From Geosiphon pyriformis uo1 (Eukaryota; Fungi; Glomeromycota), in the NCBI GenBank assembly GCA_016748015.1, contig JAAOMT010000295.1, positions 1 through 64,000 of the forward strand: a DNA stretch of 64,000 nt, given 5' to 3'. Position 1 is the first letter of the stretch, and the number at the start of each line of letters is the position of its first letter. The translations under genes and the position numbers were made by a program. Shown piece by piece: positions 1 through 14,067 of this stretch. The notes under the pieces are model-generated. The model saw only the letters and a list, made by a program, of their open reading frames with translations, had not been told where the DNA came from and made no database searches.

Positions 1-62
<62 letters not shown>
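1..62. repeat. poly(A) run at window/contig start
   Basis: 62 consecutive A; probably a contig end. Confidence 0.9.
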
Positions 63-64
<2 letters not shown>

Positions 65-769
65 ATACAGAAATTTTGAAAAATAGGCTTTGAAATTTTT
101 TTCAAGAAAAAAGGAATTTTTATTTCGAAAGAAGGAATAGCATCAATTCTTTTTGTCCTAGTTTTTCTAGGTCAATTACAGGACTTTATATAGATCTAGT
201 TTTTAAATAAATAATTAGAGAGGAAAATCTTTTCTGCCAAAAACAGTAACAACTTTAAAACTAAAATGGTAGGCTAAGGTAAGAGTAACATAATAAAATG
301 TTTCAACATCTGATGTGAACCTTTTGTGCATCGAGTCACGGAAAATTCAAAGGGGTACAAGTATTCTCGATGACAATTTTCTGTATATTTTTTTCTTTAT
401 TTTTAAATTGTTACACACATATTTTTCAAGGATTTCAGATGGCAATATTTTTTAAAATAGAAGAATCTTTTGATTTCCAAACTGTCGGATGTATTTAATG
501 GACCTCTAGAATGGGGCGTGGGTAGGAGAATTTTTTTATATATATTGTAAACTTAGGGGGAAGATGATTATTTTTCACATGTGCATAAAATTTTTAAAAT
601 CGTTTATTTTAAAACTATTTTTTTCATTAAAGGGCGTAAAATTGAAAAGATTATTTTGATATTTGTATAAATGCAATGATGTAACTGAAATTCAAAGACA
701 TTGTTTCTTTCTCTTTTTAATATTTCAAAGAATAAATTGAACTTTTTATTTTATTTTTTAATTTTAATT

Positions 770-862
770 ACTTATTTATTTACTTAATTTATTTACTGAA
801 TTTATTTACTTAATTTATTTACTTAATTTATTTACTTAATTTATTTACTTAATTTATTTACT
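770..862. repeat. 13-bp minisatellite (CTTAATTTATTTA)n, about 7 copies
   Basis: Direct tandem copies visible, one with a t>g variant. Confidence 0.85.
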
Positions 863-2260
863 TTTAATTTAATATCATCAAAAACGATCCTGTTTTAGAA
901 ATCGGCAAAACAGACTGTCTCTAAGAAAACAAAACAAATAAGCAATCTAATTAATTGATAAAGCTCATCTCTTAAAAGAACAATGATTGTCTTTCCCCTA
1001 TGAAAGAAAATAGTTTGAGAAAACTTTGTAAATTTTCAAATCTATTTTTTTTTTTTTACATGGCAAATTCTATGAAACAAATTCTTTTAAAATAAAAGAT
1101 ATAGTTTTCGCTTACCTTTGATATATATATTTTTTTGTTTTTGAATGAAAGGATGATGTTTAATCATCATCATCATCATCATCATCATTATAATCATGAT
1201 TAAAGTTTTGTCTGTTGTCATCAACAATATATGTTTGCTAAAAGATAAAATTAGTGATCATATATGCATTACATTCTTGCGCACGTTAAAAACCTTCTCT
1301 CTTCTACCGCCAATTTGTTTGTATTGAAAATAATAAAAAAGAAGATACTTCTCAAACACTTATTTATGGCCGACAAAATGTATTCAGGGGTGATAATGAA
1401 CGCAGTTATTTAATGCAGTCCTACGATGATTCAATAGTACAGTATATGCATATATATATTTACAGATTGGTAGTAGTGTAAGATAAAATAAATAAATAAT
1501 TGGTTTTCAAGTGAAAACGTGACCAAATAGTGATCGATCAATTTTTAAAAAACTAAACATTCAAAAATTTTAACATTTTTTCCTCCAAAAATACTATTTT
1601 ACAAAATATTGATACTTAATCTTAAACTTTTAAGCAATAAATAAATAAAGATGAATTTTTTTTTCACTTTGTTCATTTGTTGAGAACTTTCTATCAAGAA
1701 TTTATTTTGAGGATTTTTTTTTTTCCAAAAGACATATGCATTGATATGTGAATTTTAGGCAGTCAACAACTTTTTAGGGAATGGAATAATTAATTTTTGC
1801 TATCTGTATATTATCATGATTTAATTTTGATCAAGGTTCACGCTACGACAACAATCCACGTAGTTAAACCTAAATAGAAGTGTCAAATCAATTGTTTAAT
1901 ATATTTTTTTTTCTCAAAAGCTCATGAGAATTTTGCGAAAATATGTACAGTTTTTACTCAAAGAAATCAAATGCATCAATTCACTTGTGATGTAAGTAAT
2001 TTGCATCGTTTAAAATCCTTCTCCTGCAGCCTTTGAATGCCTTTATTTTCATTAAATTGCAGGAATATTTATTTATCTAAAATATCCAAAAAATTTTAAA
2101 GAATGAAATTTTTTTTTACTTTCAACAACTTACACGCGAACATGATAATATTTTAAAGAACGCTAAGTTCATCAAAGATCCACGATATGCAAGATGTTGT
2201 AAAAAGGATTTGGTGATACCCAATTCAAAATGCATTGAGTAGAAATTTCTATGAATCGTC

Positions 2261-2326
<66 letters not shown>

Positions 2327-2349
2327 GCAACAATAACGACAACAACAAC

Positions 2350-2382
<33 letters not shown>
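2261..2382. repeat. compound (AAC)n/(AAT)n microsatellite
   Basis: Visible directly; explains the poly-Asn ORF 2251-2439. Confidence 0.95.
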
Positions 2383-3575
2383 TTATGTACCAGCAGTCAT
2401 CCGCCAATTTCAGATGAACAGTTTCAAGAATATATATAGTTGAGATTTGATTTTCTAATTTTCTAATTTTCTTTGATTAGAATTTTTTTTTATGGTATTT
2501 TTAAATATCAGCCTTTGAAAATGGAATATTTTATTTCCTTTTTCTAATGAGTAGTCTAAAGTTATAAAAAGACTTTTTTGTAGATTTTAAAAGTAGTAAA
2601 AAAATCTTTTTATTATGACATTCTTGTTTCTAGATGAAATGATGATCGTGATCCAGTGATTGATTATTACTCTCTTGATTTTCTAGAAAAAAAATTTCTA
2701 AATGAGTTTTTGCATTTTTTTTTTAGTTTATCCAAAAAAAAAAAAATTTATTATAATAAATGTGGATATTATAAAGACTTTTTTTTTTAAAAAAATCAGA
2801 ATTAGAATATTAGATTTGAAAATTTAAAAAATTCAAATGAATACTAAATATCTGTGTTAACCTCTATGAGAAATTAGAAATAAAAATTTCAGATCCTAAA
2901 ATTTCTCCTGTGCTTCATTGTATAGTTAAAGATGCATTCATTTAAAAAAGGGAAAATTTTTCTGTTCCATTCAATTAAAAGGGATGTATAAAAATATTTG
3001 CAATTTATGCTGCGGAAAATCGATTCCCTTTTTACACTCTCTGAATCAAAAACTTGATTGGATTAAATGAAGTTAAATAAATAATATTAATATTAATATT
3101 AATATTTATAACCAAATTTAGAATATTCTGAACAAATATTACATGTATTAATGACTTATATATTGCTTTTTTAGGTAAAAATTTTATTACTTGCTTTAAA
3201 TTTAGGCTTTAAACCTTGTAAACACTGCTGATGTCTAATAAAAATGACATAAAGAAAAAGCATAATAATTAAAAATTGAACATACTTATTAATCGAGATT
3301 TTGATTATTTTAACATTATTAAAATTCAAATGACACCCAGATATTTAGGTTTTTTGGTTGTTGAATTAGATCAAAGAGCATGACTAAAAAATTTCATCTG
3401 ACAAATGAGTTTTCAAGAGTCAAATGATCGAATAATCAATCATTTTAGAGTGATACATTTACATGCATTTTGATCATGTAGATTAATGGAGATTGATTAG
3501 CATGCAGTATTAGGAAAAGGCTTGGATGTTTTCGGTTTTGTTTTAGGGTACCTTTAATCAGATTGGTGTTTCAGC

Positions 3576-3632
3576 GGGGGAGGGGAGTAGGGAAGGGGAG
3601 GAGGGAAGGGGAAGGGAGGAATGGAGAAGGGG
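3576..3632 (+). other. G-rich polypurine tract, potential G-quadruplex
   Basis: Eight runs of GGG or longer with short loops in otherwise AT-rich DNA. Confidence 0.5.
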
Positions 3633-3968
3633 AATAAAGTTGGAAAAAAAATTACCAAGAAAAAACTAATACACACAAATTAAAAACTTTTTGTTTTAAA
3701 TTTATAATTCAATTACTCGTTTATTTGGAGTTTTTTTTTTGTTTTGTTAACGTGAGCAATTTTCATCCCGCATAATTGTTCATTTTGTATCATTGTCCTT
3801 TTGTATCATTGTCCTTTGAAGGTTTTAACGATAAAAGTTTAATGTGAATAATTCACGTTAAATTATTTTGTTTATTTTAAAAAAATTCTATGATTTATTA
3901 TGTAAAAAGAAAACCAAATATTTTTTGAAATTACAATTTAAATTTTATAAATACCCAGTTTCAAACCT

Positions 3969-4089
3969 GATTTTCATAAATGCTCAAAAGTTAAAGATTT
4001 TCATAAATGCTCAAAAGCTAAAGATTTTCATAAATGCTCAAAAGTTAAAGATTTTCATAAATGCTCAAAAGTTAAAGATTTTCATAAAT
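3969..4089. repeat. 27-bp tandem repeat GATTTTCATAAATGCTCAAAAGTTAAA, about 4.5 copies
   Basis: Near-perfect head-to-tail copies with no spacers. Confidence 0.95.
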
Positions 4090-6473
4090 AATTGATCTTG
4101 ATCTAAAAAGTCATTGATAAAAAATTTTACTAAGCCTGATATGAAAGGGGGCGTAAAAAAAACAAAACAATATCTGCAAAATAAACAACCAAATGATAAT
4201 TTAATTGTTTTCACTTAGAATAAAAGTTTTATGCACGTAATATTAGATTAATTAGAATTTTTCTCATTTCATTGCTAATCGAAGCCATAAAACGATTTCT
4301 TTTTTTTTTTTCTTTTTTTTTGATTAAAAGATGATTATTTAATTACTTTTTTTTATTAACCCTTTTCACAGAACCCATTAATCTCAAAATTCCCCGGATT
4401 CAAGATATTCATAATTGTTATAATTTCTCAATTTAATTTATTTTCGGGAATTTATTTCTTTATACTCTACAAAATTTATGCTTGAAATAATTTATTTATT
4501 TTTTAATTTGATCATTGATCTTTGTCCCTTTTTCACATTCTTTGATAAATTAATTAAACAACTGTTTTGAATATCAATATCATAGAACGCGAAAGATTTT
4601 GAACATGAAAAACTTTTTTCATTTTATCCCATGATTAAAATATTAATTGAGATGCATGTATTCTGGATGCACTCTAATTAATGTTAAATCATTTTAGGGA
4701 GGTCACTTAAAATGTAACATATATATCCCTTTTAAGGAAATTTTTTAATGCGAAAATGACTGTCTTTTTAACCTTTAAAAGCGAATTAAAAATAAAGACT
4801 TTGAGAACTTTTAATAGTTAGACTGAAAAATTAATTAAATTTTGCAAATGGTTCCTATAATGGTAAAAAAATTAATTTCATATATCAATTCAAATGTGGT
4901 AGATGACATAATAAAAGAGTCATTCTTTAGCAAAGAATGCTAGGTGACTTATTATTGTTATCTTTTCGTTTTTTAGGACTAGTTTTAAATTTGTTTATAT
5001 TAAAATTTGAATGCCTCAAAAGGAGCTTTGAAAAATTTGGGACATATAATGTAGCTAAATATGTAAAAGAAACCTTTTTTTATTTTTAAGGATCGAAAAT
5101 TTATTGAGAATATTGAAAGAACTTTTCAAGTATAAGTGTGTGACAATTCACAAAGATATTTTGAAGTTTATTGTTGTTTTTTTCAAACTTGATTAAAAAC
5201 TTTTTTAATATTTTTACTTATAAGGAAACTTTCAAAGTTTATATTGAAACTTTGGCTGAAAAAGTATTTTCATCTCCTTTCGTCAATTAAAAGGTTTAAA
5301 AGTTTGAAACTGTTAATTTTTTATTTTTCGAGTAATCAAGAAATTATAAAGCCCCTTTTTTGCAAACCTTTTTTTTTGTATTTTTTTAATTAAATTATTT
5401 CAATTATCTAAACCAAATTCCCGTGTAAATATATTAAGCGTGGTTTTTCTTTGAATAGTTTAAAGAATATGATTGGGTTAATTTGGTTGGTTACTTTTTG
5501 CAAGAGCGTTAATTAATTAATTAACTCCGAATAGGTCATGATAATTAATTACTTTAGCAAAATTTCTAAGAATGTTAAAAATTATTCCATATTCATGTAT
5601 AAATAAAATCATTTTTTTGATCTATAAAAAAAAAGTTTCCCCACTTAAAAAAATTCAAAAAGTTGTTTATGTTTAGGTTTTTGAAAAAATTTATTATTAA
5701 AATATAAGTTAAATAGATTATAAAGAAAATTCTACACTTTTCTTTAATTAATATTTCGCATGGGAACTCTTTTAAAAGGCAAATATAAATTTAATGCTTA
5801 AATGAAGATACACCCCTAGAGCTGTATTATTAAATAAAGATTTATATGTTATCACAATTTTGTATAAAAAATAAATAAATTTACACCTCAATTAAAAATG
5901 ATAAAAACCTTGATAAGATTTTTTCTTGTACAAAGAAGATTGATTGAGATATTAGCTTTGATTCTGCGCTAGGTTGATACAAAAAAAACTAAATCGAAAA
6001 ACAAATTTTTTCATACGTTTCGATAACATAATTATGCAAGTCTTTCTGCAGTGAAAAAAAGATTAATATATATTTCATTTGAACATTTTTTAATCCAAAA
6101 AAGTTAGCTCTTTAGTACAAATGTACAACGTAAAAAAAAAACATGAATTTTTTATTTTGATGATCATTACTTATTGGATCGAGGACTTTTAACCGAAAAA
6201 AAATCGACATGTAAAAATAGAATTTCCTGGTATAGTATTAATTTTGAAAAGAAAGTTACCTTTTTCTAAAAAGTCCTTATAAAAAAAACTTGAGATTCAT
6301 TATTTTATTGATAACAGTTAAAAAGGTTATAAACTTTTATTTGGAATAATATAAAATAAATCTTTTTCATGATTTTTACCTTTTAATTACATAAATTAAA
6401 AATCCAAACATAATTATAAATTCTTTTCGTTACCAAAAACGGATTTTTGATATTGAATGATTTTTAAATATTC

Positions 6474-6475
<2 letters not shown>

Positions 6476-6552
<77 letters not shown>

Positions 6553-6603
6553 NNNNNNNNNNNNNNNNNNNNNNNNNNNNNNNNNNNNNNNNNNNNNNNN
6601 NNN
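6476..6603. other. poly(T) run followed by scaffold gap (N 6553-6603)
   Basis: Homopolymer then Ns. Confidence 0.95.
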
Positions 6604-9492
6604 TTACCTGTGATTTTTTTCCATTTATTATGAATATGATTTAAAATATTATCAAAATTAAAAATCTCTGTATATATATTACAATTAAATTAAAATTAAA
6701 AATTAAAAATAAATTTCTATTCTCTTTATCAAAAGAGCTTTAATGGCAATTATCACATTCTCTTTAATCAACAATTTCATAAAAAAATATTATTGAAATA
6801 ATTTTTAATTCAATTTTTTCTTTTTTCTTTTTCTTTTTTTTTGAATGAGTTATCTAAAAAAGAGTAATATTGCAAAAAAATTTAAATAAACAAAAACAAA
6901 AAAATTGAGTAACTTTAATAAACAAAAATATAAATTCATTAATTTAAGTAAACAATCATATTAACTAAAAACTGATCTTTTCTTATTTAAAATTTTCCAA
7001 AAAATATAATAATAATAAAATTTTTTTTTGAATTATTACAAGAAAATAACTTTCTTTTGAATACTCATGATAAAATTTTTTATATTACATTAAAATTGAT
7101 TTAAAATTAAATTTATAAAATATTTTTTTACAAAAAATACTCACAAATAGTATAAAAAATAAATCTTGTCTTTTACAGTAACCCAATTTTTTATATCAAT
7201 ATAATTAACAAAAAATTTTGAATAATTAAATTACAAAAACTTTTCAGTTTCACATTTTTTGTAATAAGAATATTATAAGAAAATAATTGAGATTTTATTA
7301 AACTTTATAAACTTAAAAAAAAAATTTTAGATACTAATATCAAGTCGAAAGAATAAAATTAAAAAAATTAAAATTAAAATTTTTGAAATGATAATGTAAT
7401 AATTAATTTTTTATTATTGAAAATTTGTATTTTTAAGTTTTTTCTCATTTCTAAGAAATAAGTTCAAAAAAATATTAAAATAAATATTTTTAGAAATTTT
7501 AACTTAAAAAATTGTTTTTAACCATACATAACTCATAAATGAAAGGAAATTTTTTAAAAAAATTACTTTGCTATCTTATGTATGCTAGATATTTCGATTG
7601 GTTTTTGATAAAATAAAACTTTTTCTTTAAATTAATAAATAATAAATAAATAAATAAAAAACTTTTTTTTTATTTTTTTTTTATTTAACGAGTGAAGCCC
7701 AATTGTAAAAACTTTGTAAATTTGTCATTTAATAATGCTAATAAAAAATTTGGATTCATTTAGAAAAAGTAAATATAAAAATTAAGATTTGAAAAAAGAA
7801 AATTTTAAAAATTAAACAAAGATAAAATATGTGAATTAAAATATTCTCAAAAACTTATATTGTAAAACGATACTCATGAAATAAATAGTTATCAAAAAAT
7901 TTTACCAATTTTTCAATATTAATTCTTGGATTTAATTTATTGGTTTGAACTTAAAACGGAATGGAACATCAACAAATGGGTAGTAATACATTATAAAGGT
8001 TTTGAAATTAAAATAAAATAAAATAAAATAAAATAAAATTTCTCAAAAGGTATATAATAAAGTTAGTTTCAATCCTCTATTGAGTTAAAAAATGATAATT
8101 TAATAAAAGTATAAACATACGTTCAAATCATTTACTCTTATTCAAATTTTTTTTCAGACTTATTATAAATTATTTAATTTTAAATATTTAATTGTGACCA
8201 TTTTTTTATTGTGTAAATTCAAAAACGTTAACGACTTCAGATGGGAAAAAAACTGCTTTAAAATTCCAAAATTAGAAAACTAGAGTTCACCCTTTTAAGT
8301 AAATATGGGTTGTTGTTTTTTAAAATTACTGCAATTGCTCCTGCAGAAAATTTGTAAATATCTAAATAAATATTTATCCGCCATTTTTAGATTAAATATT
8401 TAAAAAAATTATCACTTTTTTAACAAAAACTTTTTTCAAATTTCAAATTTTAATCTTTATTTGACCTAAATTCGAAATTAAAAAAAGATTTCACAAACTC
8501 ACTACTAAGCGTTTCAACTGTACAACCTCGGCGTTAATCACTGACAAAGACATTTTCGATAATAACACTTTAAGAAATCTTTCTTTGTATGCATATAATC
8601 AAAGATATCAAGATATGCTTTGTTTCGCATTTTTGGTAATGATAACGGGGGTACATATAAATAGTGAAGAAAACTTTACACGTGTAAGATATGAAAAAGG
8701 ACCCTCCTTTTGTGGATCATAAAATCCTTGCTAGTGTAATGTAATCAGTATTCAGAATGGATCGAGGCTAGCAAATGCAAACAAGTTAGAAATACAAAAC
8801 TATCCTAATTAGATAAAAGAATTATGCAGGCACAATAATCAATGCTTTGGAATTTCAAAATACTGTGTTATCATAACATCACTACTTTTATGTGTATATA
8901 TCTACTGTAATAGTTTTATAAAATACTAATGGTAACATAATGGGCTAACGTTAACTAATTTAGGTGGAACATCATCCTAATAAAAAATTTCAAATTAGAA
9001 AGATCTCCAAGATTTTAATATAATGAAATTTTTTTACTCGTTACGATTTTAAAGAGGCTTCGGTATTTTTAAAACATTTGAACTTTATTTAACAAAAGTG
9101 GTTTTTTTTTTTACAAATGGTTGTGATGTAGGAAAAAATTTCAAACATTAAACAATGAACATTTCGCTGGCTAATTCTGCTCAAGTAAAGTGATATGGGG
9201 GGGGGGGAAAGTTTGGAGTCATGATGAATGCAAGAAAAGATGAAAAATGCAAAGATGAATGCGCAAAAATTACAATGAAAAATGCAAAATATGAATATAT
9301 CTATGGAATGATAGTTGTGATAATAATAATATGTCAATATATACAATAAAAAATATTGTATATAAAAACGGTGTATATGAAGAAAATGCTGATATAACAA
9401 GAAATGATTCAAATTTATCTTGATTGATGGGTTTGAGGTGATGGCAGGATCCAATGCAATAATGTTTTTTTTTTACAACACCCATAACAATC

Positions 9493-10134
9493 TTAATTTC
9501 TCTTAAGAAGTCGTCGTTTAGCAAAAAGGAATTGAGATCCTGGCATAGTCTCTATTGGAATAGGAGTTGTTCTAATCAATGATCGTTTTTTGCCACAACC
9601 GTAATAACAAGCAGTTCGCTGACGTTTTTTCAAGCTAATATCTTCTTTTTCTTCATTAATAGAAACAGGACTCGCTGGAGAAATAGAGACATCAGCACAA
9701 TTGATGTAAGTATCACCAGACAGTTTTGGTATCCACCGAAAACGAAGAGTACATTGCTCGCAAGTAACTTCTTTCGGTAATGTTATTTCTGTCTTAAATA
9801 TATCAACTTTATTTCCGCAGTCTTTGACTGATCCAATGGTTTGAAATTTTGTATCTTTACCCGTTGTTGAAAGATCGATGAAACAATTACCCTCAAGAGC
9901 TTTCCCGATTTCAAATTCAATTTTTATCGATTCACCTTCCGTGTAATGTGTTGTAATCTGTCGTGGAATTTCGGTAGCAGCTCCACATTTGTAATCTGAG
10001 GACGCTTTTCTTGTTTGTGAAAGATGATTTTCTATATCTCCTTTTGGAATACGAATCTCTGGTGTCATCAAATATCCTTGACCCGCAACATTGGTGGTTG
10101 CGAACAAAAGGATCAAGCCGACTATTAGCTTCAT
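9493..10134 (-). CDS. Secreted LPMO-fold (AA11/AA16-like, chitin-binding type-4-like) protein lacking the His-brace, with a dibasic-rich C-terminal tail; 213 aa
   Basis: The second ATG (10134) gives signal peptide MKLIVGLILLFATTNVAG. Mature start QGYLMTPEIR resembles HGxLxxPxxR. Motifs YKCG, GESIKIEF, GNCFIDLS, LPKEVTCEQCTLRFRW and TYINCADVSI are typical of the LPMO beta-sandwich. Single exon. Confidence 0.75.
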   Translation of the reverse strand: MKLIVGLILLFATTNVAGQGYLMTPEIRIPKGDIENHLSQTRKASSDYKCGAATEIPRQITTHYTEGESIKIEFEIGKALEGNCFIDLSTTGKDTKFQTIGSVKDCGNKVDIFKTEITLPKEVTCEQCTLRFRWIPKLSGDTYINCADVSISPASPVSINEEKEDISLKKRQRTACYYGCGKKRSLIRTTPIPIETMPGSQFLFAKRRLLKRN

Positions 10135-13100
10135 GTTTCTTGGGGTAAAGTTTGATGAGATTGAATACGGGGAGAAAGTGGCAATAGAAGAGGAAAGTAA
10201 GATGGCGGATGAAAGTAAGATAGGGGATGAAAGTTTAAAGAGAATATGGACTAATGATGTCATGATAAGGGAGAAAATGTTTGTTAATGATATTTAAAAT
10301 TCAGAAATAAAAGCAACGCGTCAAATGATTATGATATCCGCTGTTTTAATGAATTCTAATAGTTTAGAGGGAGGGGGGGGAGAACTGAAGATAAAGAATG
10401 GTGATAGGAAGATGGAGGAGATGATGAGGATGAGGATGAGGATGAAGATGAGGTAAATGAAAAGCCAAAGGATGAGTTAAATGATGATATTATGATAATG
10501 ACCTCTGGCCAGTGAAAGAATATTGCCACTTCTGAGGAAAAAAATTTGTGCTTGAGAAATTAGCATCTTTATAGAGAAAGCGAAAATGTTATGATGATTA
10601 GAAAATAAGGATCCGTGACACTCGAGGGGTTTTCATTTTTTGTGTGTGCATCTCGGAAACTTTCTTCAAAAGATTAGTATGTGATGATAGCATAATAAGT
10701 TGATCAACGTGATTGTATAATAATTTATATATTAACTGATCATCCCGAACACCCAGTTAACCAAAATTGGTCTATAATCTTTTGGTAAAATTGCCGAATA
10801 TCAACATTAAATGTGACTATTTTAATAACATGCATCACTAATTATAAATCAAGTTTCAACGTTCCATTGACTAGCTTCTTGAAATCTCCCATAAAAAGCT
10901 AAAACAATGACACACTGCAGCTGTAAAGTTATGATTTTTTTGTCATGAAAGTCTTGTTACTGGCTACCGTGCATTAATTTTTAATGTTAAAAATATCACC
11001 TTTCTCAAATAGATTTCAACCAATCTAAACTTACCCTGCATAAAGAATAAAGAATTTATTCTACAATGGACCGGGTTTCTGCAGAAACTTTGTTACAAGG
11101 TCTGTTAAAATCAATAAATTTTTGTGCATTGATTTCAAATCATTTCTATATAATAAACTCTGTGATTAATACGCGTGATGCAGATATTTTTTTTTACTTA
11201 AAACCATTTCGTGGCTCCAGAAGGTTCTTAAAAATAAGTTTTCAGACACCAATCATGCTGTTTTATTAAAATATTGACAGGAAAAATATATCCAGAGTTT
11301 TAATTTTTTTTGGTTGGTATCCATTCAAATTGTTACTAACCTGATTAGGAATTGAACAAGTGTTCAGATTTTAAAACTGTCAAGAAAATGTCAAAACTTT
11401 GTCTTATGCAAAGTTTTAAAATAAATTTTTAAGTCTGGTTTTCTTGAGTACAAAATTAATTGAAATAGTCATCTAAGGCAGTGTAGCTACCTTTGTAATT
11501 TTATAAATATAGCAGAAATAAACCTTGTGAAGAAAGTCTCGAAAAAACGATAAAAGAACCTAAATATTTTTGTTATTTTTCAAGTAAACATATTTGCTGT
11601 TCACCTTATCTGAAGTTCTACATGATCATAGAATCTTCTTTGAGGTTTAGATATTTGATCTTTGTCAAATTTCAATCCAAGTAAAAAATAAATTAAAAAT
11701 TTTAGCAACCAAAAAATCTTTTACACAAATTATTGTTGAATTTTTATCTAAGACTTCATCTTTTGCTGTGAGATTAAATAATCATCCAGAATAATAGTAT
11801 ACTTAAAGATAATATCTATTTTTTCAAACATAATTACTTCAATTAATTACAAGAAAACTCGGAAAATGTTTTCGAGAATTGAAAATTAAACGTGATAATC
11901 TCAGACTCAGGCAAAATTCTTCGTATCTGATAAGTTTCGATGGCCTTTAATATAATTTTATCAGATATTTTTATCAAGAATTTATTAATGAAAATTATAA
12001 ATTCCCTTCGTCTTAATCATAAAAAGGATAAAAAATCAAATTTAAATTTAATAATTACTTCTTAAATCTTTCATTTACTATTGGTATAAATGTTAAACAA
12101 TGCGTATCAAAATTTGATAATATCAACAGAGTTTTGTTTTTTGCTCTCTTTGTCAAATATTTTGATTCATTGACCGGGTTTTTTATTAAAAAACTCCATA
12201 TGCTACCATAATTTATTATATTATTTTGAGAATCATCTTATCACAATCAAGCTTGAACCTTAAAGTTCCATATTCCTTGAGAATGATGCTTGAAACATTT
12301 GATTTAATGCTGTTTTTGCCAAAAAAATTAAAGAAAAAAATTGACCATTATATCAATCACATGGAAATGGATTTACACTTGTAAATAATCATTCTGCATT
12401 ACCACTGTATGCAACCTAAATAATAAGATTAATTTTTGCCAATTGATGACAATGGCAAAGTCTGTCATAGAAGCAAGAACTATTTTTTAATTTCATTTCG
12501 TGTCTGAATACTCAAAATAAGTCATTGATGTCCTTATATTTTTTATTACTTTCCTTGATAAGAGATATTATTATTTTTTATCAAGCAAATATTTCGATAA
12601 CTTTCAAAGAAAACTAATATAAACTTATTTTAATACTCTCAACCTAGCTACAAAGTAATAATTTTCAACTAAAGTTACTCAAGTTTCAAAAAAAGTGAGA
12701 TATTCTAACATGCATTTATTATCCTAAAAAATCCTAAACATTTTAAAGTTGAATGCATTTGAAATTAAATACTTTCCTTTTTTTTTATCTCTTTATTTTT
12801 GATAATCATACTTTTTTGAATTTGAATTTCGATTCAAACATCAAAAATTGACAAAATTCAATTTCAAAATCTAAATTTTTCTCAAAAACATTATATTTAA
12901 GCTTTATTTTTTGACTTTTATGCTTAATATTTCATAAATTTTATTAAAAGGATATTTATTAATTTTTAAAAATTGGATAATCCCACATTAATCAAACTGT
13001 CATTTAATAGATAAATTTTAGAGAAACTTTTTATTCTAGAATTGAATGATTAATAAAATTAAAATTATTTAAAGGTTAATTTTTAAAAAAAAAAAATAAT

Positions 13101-14067
13101 AATACTATTATTTGAAAATAATTTTTTATTTCGATATATTATCGATAATACATTTTTTAATATAAATATTGATAATTTATAATTTCTAAAACCTCATTAA
13201 TTGGATGTCTTTTTTAAATTTTGAACTTATAACCCAATTCTTATGAATAAACTATTAACTTACTTATTATTCATCTGCTCGAAATATCTGGTCGAATAAT
13301 ATCCAATATTAATTAGGAGTTAATAAATTAATAAATCAAAGATTTTAATTATCTGTGAATTATCGAATCAATATTAAATTTTGGTTTCAAAAAAATATTG
13401 CTTTTGATCAAAGGTCTGAAAGAAAAAGAATATACCATTCAAAATAGCCTCTCTAAACATGAAAATATCAAAAATATTTACCTAAAACTTTTAATAATTT
13501 TTTTCTTGTCACAAATATATTATATTTTGCTCAGATTCTTAATTTTATTCAGAAAACAATGGGTATCTCTTTTTTCTAGAATTAATTTAAAAGATTAAAA
13601 CATGCAATATGTGTAAACCGTGAACAAATTAGAAAAAGTAGGTAAGATGAAATTATGCAAAAAAGATTCTAAAGAAAAATGCACTTCTATATTAGATTAA
13701 CAAACTAGAATCAAAAAGTGTATATTCTTTTCTGAAAGAATAGAATTTTGAAATTTCTTGAAATGCCTATACTTGATAACGCTGGTTTTTCCTCGAGAGG
13801 CCGTCATTACAAAATTTAACCTTCATATATTCATTCCCAAAAAATAGAAAGGTTTGATTTTGACGGTCCAAGAAAAAATTTCCGAAATATTCAACCTTCT
13901 AGGTGCTTGGTAAGCTAATTATATTTTCCTGGAATTTATTAGGATACACCATGTCTGATTGTATTGGTATTTTGGCAATTCACATCGAGAGCATTTCATT
14001 AAAGCATAAATAAAGTTATTTATAAAAGGTCAAAAACCAATGTTATTTAATTAAAACTTTTATCGAG

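Noticed and set aside
2251-2439. Poly-Asn ORF
   Set aside because: Translation of an (AAC)n/(AAT)n microsatellite; no other coding signal
3868-4095. ORF with KLKIFINAQ repeats, or a CRISPR-like array
   Set aside because: Plain 27-bp tandem repeat with no spacers in a eukaryotic context
1-6552. Poly(A)...poly(T) as terminal inverted repeats of an element
   Set aside because: Both lie at contig ends, where assemblies break at homopolymers; no internal TE features
10135-10263. 43-aa N-terminal extension of the LPMO-like ORF
   Set aside because: CT-rich leader-like sequence; the downstream ATG gives a canonical signal peptide
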